NCBI RefSeq assembly: GCF_000743755.1
Contig: NW_014569461.1
Location: 1-34,971, forward strand
Length of the DNA: 34,971 nucleotides
Source of the DNA: Blastocystis sp. subtype 4
Taxonomy: Eukaryota
Reading direction: 5' to 3'
Positions 1 to 10,833 of this stretch are shown here, one piece after another. The position numbers were made by a program, and so were the translations under genes. Every line of letters begins with the position of its first letter. Position 1 is the first letter of the stretch. The notes beneath the pieces are model-generated. The model saw only the letters and a program-made list of their open reading frames with translations, did not search any database and was not told where the DNA came from.

Positions 1-1389
1 AAGAATTGTATCCAATTAGTATGGACACTGTTTGTTGTAAGAAGTATCATGATATTTGATGAATCTGAGCCAAGAATGTGTGCTAAATGGTAAGAATATA
101 GTCAAATGGTAATGATCAAAGTAAGTGCACACTTTCTGACACTAGTTGATGTGATTTGTCAACTGTCCATAATAACCACATAATGTGACCCAGAAGATGT
201 GCTATATGGCCTATTAACTGGATAGAAACATAGAAAATAACTTGTTAATAATGTCAACAAAACAAGGATTACAGCCACTATGAAGATTCATTTTGATTGA
301 TGCTCATTATGACGTTAACAAACAAGACTATAGGGCATGACAAGTAGATCAACTTATTGATATACAGGTGATATTTGTAACAGTGGTGGTAACTACCATA
401 ATTATCGCGGTTTTATTGATACATTCTGAACTGCATTATCTTCCGTGTTTCTATTCAGTTATTATGTTCTGAATAATTAGTGAATATTTGCACACTACTT
501 GGGGTTATTCTGACTATAATTACAGATACATTCGGCATAATCGAGTGCATCCATTACTGACGCTAATCGCGGTTGTTAGCCACCTTATCAACGGTCATCT
601 TCCGTGTTATCACTCAGTTATCATGTATCAAACCAATACATACCTATATCATATCAATTGGCGTTAGCTTCAAGGAGAGTTGACGTCCAAGTGAAACGCC
701 GAGTGACCGACTCCTCCACCGAAGCACACTGTGTCTCAGGCCTCATCAGAACATAATATGGCGCTTTTTCATAACAAATAGTGGATTAAATGGGTAAGTG
801 GACTAGGCAAAGATCTTACTACTTGTTCGTTTGATGTCCTGGACATTCATTACTTACTCTTCTTGAATAGATTCCAGTTTCTTGGCATATAAGTGGTGAA
901 ATGGACTCATCTAAGGATGATTCTATCCAGTGTTGTCTATCCCATTTTAACCTCAAATCACAGTAGTTCAACCGAAGTAATGATCTGAAAGGGTCCAAAT
1001 CACAGGATCTGATGATCACGATGAGATGAACTAATAAATCTTCAAGATTTTATGAAAATGGTTAAAGGATGATGAGAATTGAATATGAAGGATGATAATG
1101 GCTTTATGCCATCCGTACGAGGGTTCCGCCCTATCCGTACGAAATCGGTCAAATGGAGAAACAGAGAAACATATAATACATATTGTTTCAATTATTCTTT
1201 TCTCCTGACATATAAATACTATTGGATGCTGATTCTCCAGTTGATGAAACCGAATCAGTGAAGTCTTTGGAACATACTTTTTCTTAATGCAAGCTGTTCG
1301 CATAATTGCTCCTTCTGTTGTCAAGTATACAAGCCGTATGTATAATTCATCGAGATTCTTTGGTAGTAACTAATTTGAAAGAGAATTGA

Positions 1390-1761
1390 ATGGTAGTTGA
1401 ATTCACATTCAAACCAGCTAAAGGTGAAGAGGTAGAAGTGGAATGCAAAGAGAATGAGACAATGTTGGAGATAGCTCAGAACAATGATGTGGAAGTGAAG
1501 AGTGATGGCAATGATAAATGAATGATTGTATAGGTATTTGTGGAGGATCTGGGTATTGTGGAAAGTGTGTGATGGTATTTCCTAAGGAAGTATATGATGA
1601 ACTACCGAAAGGTGGAAGAAGGGAATTGTCATTATTGAAGAAGATGAAGGCGGCTCCTAAGTAGTTTTACATAATAAGTTTGATTAGTAGTGCGAGATTG
1701 TCATGCCAAGTGAGGTCATGTAGTGCTATGAATGGAAAAGTGATTGAAATACCTTTAGTAT
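1390..1761 (+). CDS. Adrenodoxin-type [2Fe-2S] ferredoxin, 2 introns (1502-1533, 1661-1690), stop completed by poly(A)
   Basis: Spliced translation MVVEFTFKPAKGEEVEVECKENETMLEIAQNNDVEVKSICGGSGYCGKC...RLSCQV...VIEIPLV has C-x5-C-x2-C and RLSCQ motifs. In-frame T at 1761, then 4 nt, then TTTTTGTT. Absent from the ORF track. Confidence 0.9.
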
Positions 1762-1859
1762 GGCTTTTTTGTTATAACAATGAGACTGATTAGGAGAATG
1801 ACCGATAAATGAACGAGTAGATCAAGATGAGTGGTGTTGAAATCAGCAAGAGCATTGAG

Positions 1860-3005
1860 TGTGGATGCGAATCCAGTCAAAGCCACAGGAACAGAGATTT
1901 GAGGCTTTGTTCTTTCAATCATAGTCTGATTCACAGCATTCAGAATTGTTACTGGTTCCTGTTCATCATAAGGATTGGAATAGCCATAGATATCAAAGCC
2001 CCAAGAAGAACCAATATATGAACCCAGAATGTTGAATGAATTCCATTTGCTTCCTTCCAGATTCTCAACAGTCCAGTCAATATAGGTTCCAATTGTATTA
2101 GGCAGTCCACCAACAATGTAAGGATCAAGATCCATGATTCCAGCAACAGTACCTGAACTGGGATTTGTAGATTCCAGTGAAGAATAGGAATCAACAACAG
2201 TAGAACAGTCTTCAACTCCAAATACTCCAGTAGCATCAAACACAACAGGATCAGAAGAAGAACCACTCAAACCATTGAATTCCAGATGTTGACAGAATCA
2301 CATGGAACTTAGAGAACACACTAGAATCATGAATAGCAAGAGATTCTGTGTTGAAATCAAAGTCTTCAGCCAGATTGAATCGAGCAACTAGATTTCCATT
2401 CAGATAGGCAGCCACTCCTCCAGAATACTTCACTCGAACATTCAACACTTGATAATCATTCAATCCACTCATTGTGAAACTCTTTCGGATATATGTTGTG
2501 ATTGAAGAAGTGGAAGGAATATCAACAGCCTTGTATGTGTTCCAAGTGGAATCATCGAAACTGACAGTATTCCAATCACTTGACACATCACTCTGTATCA
2601 CCTTCCAATCTGTGTATTCAATTTGGAAAGGGAAATATGTTGAGAACACACTTGATACAGTCAAAGGCTTGGAATTCTGTCATTCATCTGTATCTGAGTT
2701 ACGACCATACATATTAAACTGAATTATCTTCTTATTGCTATGTGTTTTTGTGTAGCAATTCTGAATCTGAACAGAACTGATCCATTCACGACGATTGTTT
2801 GATAGGACCAAAGTCAAAGAATTTGCAGCACAGGATGAATAATAGAGGGAAGTTCCGTAATACATATCGAAAGTATTAGAACCATCTCCAGTAATTCCAG
2901 ATGTTGTTGTAGTGAATTCCCAGATAGGAGAATCTGATTGTTCTGAAGGCATCAAACGAACCATTGCATCGAAATAGGATGTGGTGTAACTGTCAGCAAT
3001 AGCAA
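1860..3005 (-). pseudogene. Decayed internal/3' fragment of the large surface-protein family also at 32656-34971
   Basis: Three ORF pieces (2680-3015, 2251-2664, 1755-2270) separated by an in-frame TGA (2680-2682) and a frameshift near 2270. Motif TYIRKSF...VKYSGGVAAYLNGNLVARFNL resembles YFRKSF...YRYGIVAYINGNEVYR of the right-end gene. No signal-peptide exon. Confidence 0.8.
2950..3005 (-). repeat. Inverted repeat copy A (55/56 nt identical to 34916-34971)
   Basis: Reverse complement ttgctattGctgacagttacaccacatcctatttcgatgcaatggttcgtttgatg matches the window end except at one position; the last 47 nt are identical. Confidence 0.95.
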
Positions 3006-3342
3006 TCATATTCATACCAAATTGATACTTAGAAGTAAAACAACAATCATATCAAGCAATATACGAAAACACAATATTTAGACAGTGAATCTAGCATTAT
3101 CAAATGGAAGATTGGAGGGAAAGTGGTCTCAATCAATTTCGATACAACATTAGAATATGGTACGAAAATAGTGATACAAATGTCTTGATGGAAACTGTAA
3201 TCCCTGTGATTGTATTCAGTAACAAAAATGAGTATGAATGAATCCTAGAATTAGTTGAATAGTACATGATATGAATTGACAAGGAAAGAAGTAACATTCA
3301 ACAGAACAACAAACAAATCAACTAATACATTCACAAACCCTC

Positions 3343-5336
3343 TCATCCAAACACACTCGTTCTCAACACAAACTCACAATCTAATGCCATATGATCACTA
3401 ACATATCGTGGATTTGGTAGTCGAAGTCCTCCTACTGCCTCAATCTCTTCTACACTTGGTAATAAGCTAACAGCGATAGGCTGAATGAAATCTTTCGTCA
3501 CCCAGATGTAATCCAGACATCCCTGATAGTGATCCGTGTAATTCGTCAGTTCTGGCTCCTTTCCCAGAATTGTAGCATAGGAGGACTGGAGTTTGAGGGA
3601 GTGGTAGGAATTTGCCAGACCCAGTTGGGAAATGAGTTGTTGTGGGTCATTAGTAATCTCTGGATGTGTGTGAGTAATGTGACCAGAAGAGATGTACTCG
3701 TATCTATCTCTTAAACTATTATTTCTCCTACACTGCAGATGAAGGTTCACTATTGAAGTCGCCACAGAGAACCAGTGGGAGAGGAAGCTGACGCATCACA
3801 CTCTGGATCTGTTGTAGCAAATCGAATGTCTGAACCAACTTTACATCGTTGAAATTGGGATCCCAAAAAAGATGGGAGTTACAAAGATAGAAATCAATTG
3901 GCGAGGAATCTGAATAGTTAGTCAAGATAGAATCCTACTAGGCGATGGATAATAAGCTAGCTGTAGCAAGTGAGCGATATTCCCACGTTTGAGCCTCTGA
4001 CATTGAACAGAGTTAATCTCGCCTCGCTCCAATCGAGCGTCAGCTTGATCATTGAAACGAATTTCCATCGAACCAAGCAGTGAGAATCTATATGTGAGAA
4101 CTGATAGCAAATGTCACTTGTCCCGGCGATAGAAGGTAGCACATCCATCAACACGTTCATCACTGCCTTGAATCAGACGTGTCTTCACCGTATAACTATT
4201 CATTACACTATATAACTATCGTAACAATCCATCATATCCCTTCTCTTGCATTGCTTTCAGCCAATACTTGTCATACTCTCCTTTTTCCACCTCTTGAAGA
4301 CAGAAAAGGTCACTACCTCGACCATCAATCTGATGCTTCAACCGATCCCGGCGGTACTTCCAATCCAGTGCCCAGCGAGGCGTATTGGTATACAGCTCCG
4401 GTCGACAATAGATATCTGCCAGCATATTGTAGGAGGTGATGACAATAGAGCCATTGGCAGCAGGGAATACAGTATTGGGGGAGACTCGTTTCCACTGACG
4501 AGGATGAGCATACGAAGGAGCTTACGGTAAGGACACTAGAGAATCATACGTTCGATAACAGGTTCGGATTCTTTAAAAAGGGCGACAGAATTTGTTTTCA
4601 ATGAGATTACCTCGATCTTCAACTTGTGGCCTACATCTTGCTCTGATGGGATATATGAACTGAATGTCACTCTAATACTAAATACATACGTATCTGAAGA
4701 GATTCGCTCCCATCCTTCTAACGATGCTTTGTGATTAGTCAATTGCTTAATCTGGATATCTGCCAAATCTTTCACAGACATCCCCTCAATCAGAGGAAGT
4801 CGTCGTTCCTGCTTCACAGTGGAAGAGGCTGTCACAATATGTGTTCTAGACATCAGACTCTCCTACAATTTCTACTGTACGTGATACTTCCAATTTCTAG
4901 CTAGACAATCTGGGCAACAAAAATAGGATCGTCGCTCGTTACCAAACTGCAAACACGTCAAGCACTGGCATTTCATTTCTCCATTCTGTTTTCCGGCATT
5001 AATACAGTTCTCTCCATTACATAAAAAGTACTTTCGGCTTCGATACCAAGTAAAACGATAGTTACTCAGTGGATCCGGAATTACTTCTCCAGATCGCTTA
5101 CGACAGATAAACGAAGGCGTAATTTCAAATCCTTTCACTGGAGGCGTGATATACAACGATAATTCTTCTTCTGTCGTTCCTGAGCGTACTGATGTAGTCC
5201 GAATCACTTTACTTACTGCATTCTTGTCAATAGTATCAGTGTTCTTAGCAAGCTCCTCATCTGTATCCAAGCTCACACTCCCCATCGATCGAAGAGGTGA
5301 TATAGGCCCCTCTCCTTTCAATTTCCTCGTTTCCAT
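3343..5336 (-). CDS. CCR4: CCR4-family (EEP) mRNA deadenylase with N-terminal Cys/His zinc finger, multi-intron
   Basis: EEP motifs SYNMLAD, LFCLQEVE, NSHLFWDP, LCGDFNSEP, TNYT...CLDYIW, SDH. N-terminal CxxxxC...CQCLTC...SYFCCPDCLARNWKYH. ~30-nt GT-AG introns join the ORF pieces. Confidence 0.88.
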
Positions 5337-5421
5337 TCCTAAAGGATTCGGAATTGGCGTTATTGCCTTTACGCCATTGCGCCTCCCTGGCGTATCGTAC
5401 CAGTAAATGATTGCCAACGAA

Positions 5422-6345
5422 ATGAAAGTGCTTCTTTCTATTCTTCTCTTCAGTTTCGTGTTGTGTAGCGGTGGGTCGCCCCGTTCCGGTGTTACAAGTG
5501 ATTGTGGTTTCTATAAGTGTTCATGCAATTCTGAAGATAGTAGATGATTTGTATGATAAATAATTCATGCAGATTCTGATCACACCGTTCAGATTAACGT
5601 TCTGACTAATGGCATTCCAACCGAGATTATCAAGCGCCAGTTCTATTTTAAGGATGAGAAGTGTAGCAGTAGTTGTAGTTATGATATTCGAACTGAGTAT
5701 AATGTCTCTCGTATTTCTGCTAGTGATAGTAGAATTGACGTTGGGTCGTGATTTGTAGCAGAGTACAAGTATTCCATCTTCCCTCTACATCAGTATATCA
5801 CATTCTTTGATGAGGATTTGCTGAAGGAGATCCAGTTCAACCCAGCATTAATACTACGTGTACCTTATGATTTAGCGTCTACATTGTTGTATGGATTATA
5901 GGAGTTTACGATAAGTAGTGATTCACATATTTCGGGAGAAAATTTTACTATTAAGCGAGAAGAAAATTACAATAAGGAAATAATAATCAAGAGAGATTGT
6001 AAGAGGTTGAATAGGCTTATAACTATAGCATCTAAGAAGATCGAATTTCCTGATCTATCGACGAACTCTGTATTATCATGTGAATGGGTCTCTGATACTG
6101 GTTGTAAAGAGTATTCTGCTGGAAGTGGAGAGGATGGTGATGTGAATGTAGTTATTAAAAGTAGGAGTTGTGGTTGTGTATTATAAGTAGGATCTTCGAA
6201 TTGGTTTCTGTGGTTGATTATCATTGTTCTGGTTTGTGTGATTGTTTTTCTGCTGTACTACAGAAAGAATTATCGGTATCTCCCAATTACAGAAAGAAAG
6301 CGAATCGATGATCCTGAGGATCGTAAAGTGGAAAATAAAGAATGA
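5422..6345 (+). CDS. Hypothetical type I membrane protein (signal peptide, ectodomain, one TM, short tail)
   Basis: MKVLLSILLFSFVLCS start, several ~30-nt introns, C-terminal WFLWLIIIVLVCVIVFLLYYRK...VENKE*. TGTTTGTT at 6348-6355. Confidence 0.7.
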
Positions 6346-6504
6346 TCTGTTTGTTATAGTAGTTTGTGATCACGTAAGAGAATGATCATATAATCGTATT
6401 CTGTTGGAAATGCTTACATGTTTCCGCTGTCCAAATTCTATCACATTACCTATATTGTTTGTATTGCCTCTTACGAACATCCTATTCCCTACAACAAACA
6501 AAAC

Positions 6505-6829
6505 ACTGAAAAGCCTCCTTCAATTGCAATAAAACTCCTTCTTGGGTGACTCCACCTAACAATATCTCCTTCTCTCTCGATTTACCACCTCGAATCACCG
6601 ATACTTGACTTTTAGGAATATGAATCAAATCAGATAAAACTTCGCATACTTCCTTATTTGCCTTATTATCTACAGGAGGGGACATCAACTTTATGAACAA
6701 CATCTCTTCTTGCCACTCAATCCCAGTTCGCTTAGAATTTGGCTTCACGTGGACAAGAAGAGAGACTTCCTGATTCCGTCCCACACGAATTACTGATAAC
6801 AAATCTTTATCATTCGGAATTCCACTCAT
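6505..6829 (-). CDS. UPF0235/DUF167 (YggU, C15orf40-like) protein; ends ...LKEAFQ with a poly(A)-made stop
   Basis: VHVKPNSK...SPPVDNKANKEVCEVLS...GGKSREK. In-frame T at 6505, then 4 nt, then TGTTTGTT (6500-6493). Confidence 0.88.
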
Positions 6830-6983
6830 TACACGCCGACTAAAAGAGCGAAGTATAGAAAAAGCAAAACGATCCGTGCCTGACTGATCGAAAGAATAGA
6901 ATAGAAAATAGGATGATTACATATATTACAAGTTCTTTCACATTTCATCAAATCTGTACAGTTTGCAACACAAATCATCTACC

Positions 6984-7950
6984 ATGCCAAGAAGAAATAG
7001 TCGGAATGATACAGTTTATTTTCTTTACCTTTTGCTACGGCTATACTCTCTTGTTGGAACATTCACGTTGGTATGATCTATAGTATCAACAGTTGCCTTA
7101 TAAGCCCCCCGTAACAATTACAACTGCTCTTCTTCTTATCGGTATATACATTCTGGAAGACTATTATCCATTGATTGACTTGTCATGTAAGAATATTGGC
7201 TAAGTGACTATTACAGGGGCACTATGCCCGTATCTCGTGCTTCATCCAGGATCAATTTCTGATGTGCTGCGAATAGTGAAGTTTCATATTGTGCATTTTG
7301 ATTCATATCATATTTACTATAATGTCAGTTCGTTGCTATGGAAGGGTTCACACTTGGAAGTAGCAATGGGATCAAAAGCCTTCATGCTCATGACAGTCTT
7401 CCTCATGATTGTTTCTGGGATGTAATATTGGATTCATAGTGTTACGATTAGCTTGTTTGTCTTTTTTGCTTGGTTGTTAAATGCGTTGAATCTCTATTCT
7501 GGTCCTTATTTTGATTATTCTCTTGGTTACAGTTGTGTCCTATTCGGATACAAGATAGTGTATCATTCGTATCAAACTTCACCTCATTCTCCGTTAATCA
7601 TTTCGTTTCATTTCACAACATAGATTTGCACTTTTTACATGGGTTGAACTGTTCTATATGTCTCTCTTCCCTGGTGTCTCTTTCTTGGGTCATTTGAGTG
7701 GAATTCTAGCTGGATATCTCTATATTCTATTGTACAAAACAAGAAGAAGTGATAAGTAGAACATCTCGGTATCATTCAGTCCATCTCGGTTCGTTTGCTT
7801 CCTATGAAGGAATTCATCTATTCAGCTCACAAACAAAGGCTGAGACCAGTGTTGATGAAGAGGATGAATGCGCTTTGTTGAATGAAGAGTTACGAGTAAC
7901 AGTCATTTGCAGTTTGAAACAATAGAAGAGAGAGATTAGACAACGGTGAA
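6984..7950 (+). CDS. Rhomboid-family intramembrane serine protease (RHBDD1-like); 3' end approximate
   Basis: PPVT, HFDSYHIYYNVSSLLWKG..LE, GYSCVLFG (catalytic GxS) and SFLGHLSGILAG (catalytic His) across ~30-nt introns. Confidence 0.82.
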
Positions 7951-8057
7951 TGCAGTTAGAAAGGAGTTACTGATGATGAATGTCTGTTGCAATTCCCGTG
8001 GGGATGTGTGTTGTTCTTTTTTCGCATTCTTGTTTACAATTAAAGTCAATTCAGAGT

Positions 8058-8723
8058 ATGGAGTGTATTAATCACTATTTCAGTTTGATTGATGAGAAGA
8101 CTAAGGATATCGGTAGTTGATTAACGTAGTTGTTGAGATTAGAGTTCCTCAAGTCTTGGGAGAAGAAGACAAATATGCGCCGTTGCCATCTTGTGTTGTG
8201 TATGCTTGGTGCTGCTGTTGTGTTGGGCTATCTTCTTTTGGGTCTCCCTTTCATCTCGTCTTGTTGGACACCAAGAATAATTCGTAGGAATATGATTGGT
8301 TTCGTTTATCCTGCCTATTTCTCCCTTGTAGCACTCAACTCGAAGGATCGAGAAGATGATACAAAGTGGTCAGTATTATGGATTTTGTGTCACTCTAGGC
8401 TAACTTATTGGGTTGTATTTGGTTTCTTTAGTATTATTGAGTCGATTGTCTCCATTTTCGCGAAATTGTACCACATTTGTGATGGGATAAACTATAGGAA
8501 TGTCATGTACTACATTGTGAAGATTGTGATGTTGGTTTGTTGTTTCATTCCTGACATTGATGTTCTCATAGGTTGATGTTCTCATTTATAGTTGGCAAAT
8601 GTATTGTACAGAGATTGTGTGAGTCCTTTTCTGAGTAAGCACGAAGACAAGATCGATTCAACCATCAACAAGGTAACAGAAACCATTGAAAAGAAGGTAA
8701 AGGAGGTGGTTTCTACGAAGTAA
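8058..8723 (+). CDS. YOP1: YOP1/REEP5/HVA22 ER-shaping protein
   Basis: NMIGFVYPAYFSLVAL...DDTKWLTYWVVFGFFSIIE...YYIVK. Multi-intron, TAA 8721-8723, TGTTTGTT at 8738. Confidence 0.88.
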
Positions 8724-8772
8724 TGGGGAAAGGGATGTGTTTGTTTCTATATCACTCTTCACTCTTTCTTTG

Positions 8773-8947
8773 ATGGGTTGTTGTTGCTCTTCGCCTGACA
8801 CTCTTTCGGTTGATCCCTCTCTTCGATTTACTGCGATGAATCCTCCAGTTGTCTACAACTTTTATTTTGATAGACCTACTGAAGAGAATCTGATGGCAGT
8901 GAAGGAGATTATATCGTCTTCACTTCATGAAGAACCCTCTGTTGTTT
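8773..8947 (+). CDS. Putative 58-aa N-acylated microprotein MGCCCSS...EEPSVV, poly(A)-made stop
   Basis: MGCCCS myristoylation/palmitoylation-type N-terminus. In-frame T at 8947, then GTCC, then TGTTTGTT (8952-8959). Confidence 0.6.
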
Positions 8948-8951
8948 GTCC

Positions 8952-8969
8952 TGTTTGTTCCAACAAGCA
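8952..8969. terminator. Back-to-back GU-rich polyadenylation elements of two convergent genes
   Basis: TGTTTGTT-CC-AACAAGCA; each element lies 4 nt from an in-frame T. Confidence 0.7.
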
Positions 8970-8973
8970 CAAA

Positions 8974-10010
8974 AAGAAAAAGAAAAAGGATGAAAAAGGG
9001 ATGCGATGAATGCCTTGGTTTTTTGGAACACAGAGGAAAACAATGATTCTGCTTGGATTGTGGTTTTCCTGTGAAGGTGGTTAATGGTTGATATGTTGGG
9101 AGAAGCCTGTGGTTCTATCGGAAGCGGTAGTTCCGACAGATGTTGGATCTCGAAAGGTTGATCTTCTGTAGAGGGGGTTGACAGGCATTCTGTAGAGGGA
9201 GTTGATAAACTCTCCTGTGAAGGAGTTGACAAGATTTCGGAGGAGTGAACTGCTAGCCTCTCCTGTGAGGGAGTCAACATATTCTCTCCACATTGTTCCA
9301 CTTTATCTTCTTCAGTCATTATACTCGACATTGGCTGGACTTCAGTTTCATCAACGAATTCCTCCAGAACGGAAGGCAAAGGAGGAAGAGAAGGAAGCGG
9401 AGGCGATACCAAAGACTCATCCTCAGAGAGAAGAAATGAGTCTGTCTCCCGTTCTACCAATGGTAATGCAGTTCTCTCTCCCTGAACAACGTCCTTAAAA
9501 TACAGTAATCGTTTAAGCGTACTCCGTTTACTTGGAAGAGTGTAATCACGATCCAACGTAATGCTCGTTGTCGTCAATGGAGACCAATTTTCTGGACGTT
9601 TTGGTTCAACAGGATGCTCTTCTCCAGGAATCTAACGAATCACCTCGCTTCCAACTGAATTACAGAAAAACGAATATGCTTCTCAGGAGATGTATGTACT
9701 GAACGGGATTGACGGGGAGGAGTCGATAATACAATTGTTGTCTTCTTCCTTGATGGTGATCGAGAAGGAGACGATGGAGTGGGAAAATTAATATGAGGAA
9801 CGATTACTGGTGGTGGGTCCACTCCTTGATCATCAATATGAGACTAACAAGGACATACGAATTCTCTTGGAAGGACTTTCGGATTTGAAACCGCTGTTAC
9901 ACATCTGAACGAGCAGTTCACCACGTCTCCGACGCATTCCGTGTAGAACCCAAAATGAATGACCTAGTTCAAACTCTCCACTTTTCCTATAGAGTGTCTC
10001 CACTCTTCAT
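8974..10010 (-). CDS. Hypothetical S/T/P/E-rich low-complexity protein; start uncertain
   Basis: ORFs 8909-9577 and 9640-9822 can be joined by short introns. In-frame T at 8974, then 4 nt, then TGCTTGTT. Confidence 0.55.
9165..9236 (-). repeat. 3 x 24-bp coding tandem repeat (LSTPS[QT]Ex)
   Basis: tctgtagagggggttgacaggcat / tctgtagagggagttgataaactc / tcctgtgaaggagttgacaagatt. Confidence 0.8.
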
Positions 10011-10114
10011 TTTTGAGACTTTCTTCTTGATCTAACTCACAGTTCTATTCATCGTCAGTATCATCCAATTCCCGTTCTTCCTGTCTTCTTTTTTGTCGCT
10101 TTCTTTACCATAAG

Positions 10115-10623
10115 ATGGAGTATATACCCATTCTTTTCAAATCTATTGAGTTAAAGTGCCCGATCCTCTCTCCTGTATATTATCCAAATGGAATCACGGA
10201 GACACAGGCGCTTAAACATGCTATAATACCGAAAGAACCTTCAAAATGCGATATCTGTGGAAGTGAAGAGGGTCCACGACTTGCTCAGGTCTTTTTCAAC
10301 TATGATATCAAACACTGCAAGGCGTCGATTGCATCCGTTAAAGTTGGTTTTGGTTATTCCTTTTACGCTAGTTTTTGTGTCCACTATGCAAGTATGCAGT
10401 CAATCTCGATAAGGTGATGGAGTTGCTGGTGAATTCCAACTCGAGTAGTGAAGAAGTAGTTATTAGATGATATTGGCTTATTTATAGGTCGATTCACTCA
10501 CTCGTCACTTTTTGCTTGTGAATGGCCATCAACCTGACGATATTGCCCTTATGGAAGAGATTGTATCTAGTTGCTACTCTCTAAAGATCGTCCTGAAGTC
10601 TCTTTTATCTTTTGATGTTGATT
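10115..10623 (+). CDS. Zinc-binding (2x CxxC) protein resembling a degenerate HNH-endonuclease fold; introns 10343-10371 and 10456-10487
   Basis: Spliced: KCDICGSEEGPRLAQVFFNYDIKHCKASIASVKFLCPLCKYAVNL...RHFLLVNGHQPDD...SFDVD, then T(10623), 4 nt, TCTTTGTT. Confidence 0.6.
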
Positions 10624-10833
10624 GTACTCTTTGTTGATATCCTGTTCATGAGCTGGTTTGTAGTATGAATAGTTCAAGAAAATGGAATGGCAGGTGATAG
10701 CTGCATACACATAAAACGCATATTCCAACAACGAGTTTCTCAACAGCTAATGAATATACTTCGGCTGCTAATAGGCACTATAAACTACAACCATCGCAAT
10801 CACATTCACATATTCCAATAAACAATCATGCAA

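Noticed and set aside
819..1324. Minus-strand ORFs of 66 and 97 aa, and a 10-nt direct repeat (atccgtacga, 1111/1133)
   Set aside because: No recognisable motif, non-ATG starts and no convincing splice model; the repeat is too short to interpret.
2680..2682. In-frame TGA as possible Trp/Sec recoding
   Set aside because: The same fragment has a frameshift and truncations, and TGA is a normal stop in other genes here, so this is a pseudogene lesion.
8909..9009. Apparent overlapping antisense ORFs with a poly-Lys tail
   Set aside because: The overlap disappears when poly(A)-made stops at 8947 and 8974 are applied.
10109..10117. Divergent ATGs only 3 nt apart (CAT-AAG-ATG)
   Set aside because: The minus-strand ATG reaches a stop quickly and I could not splice it to the downstream exons with canonical sites.
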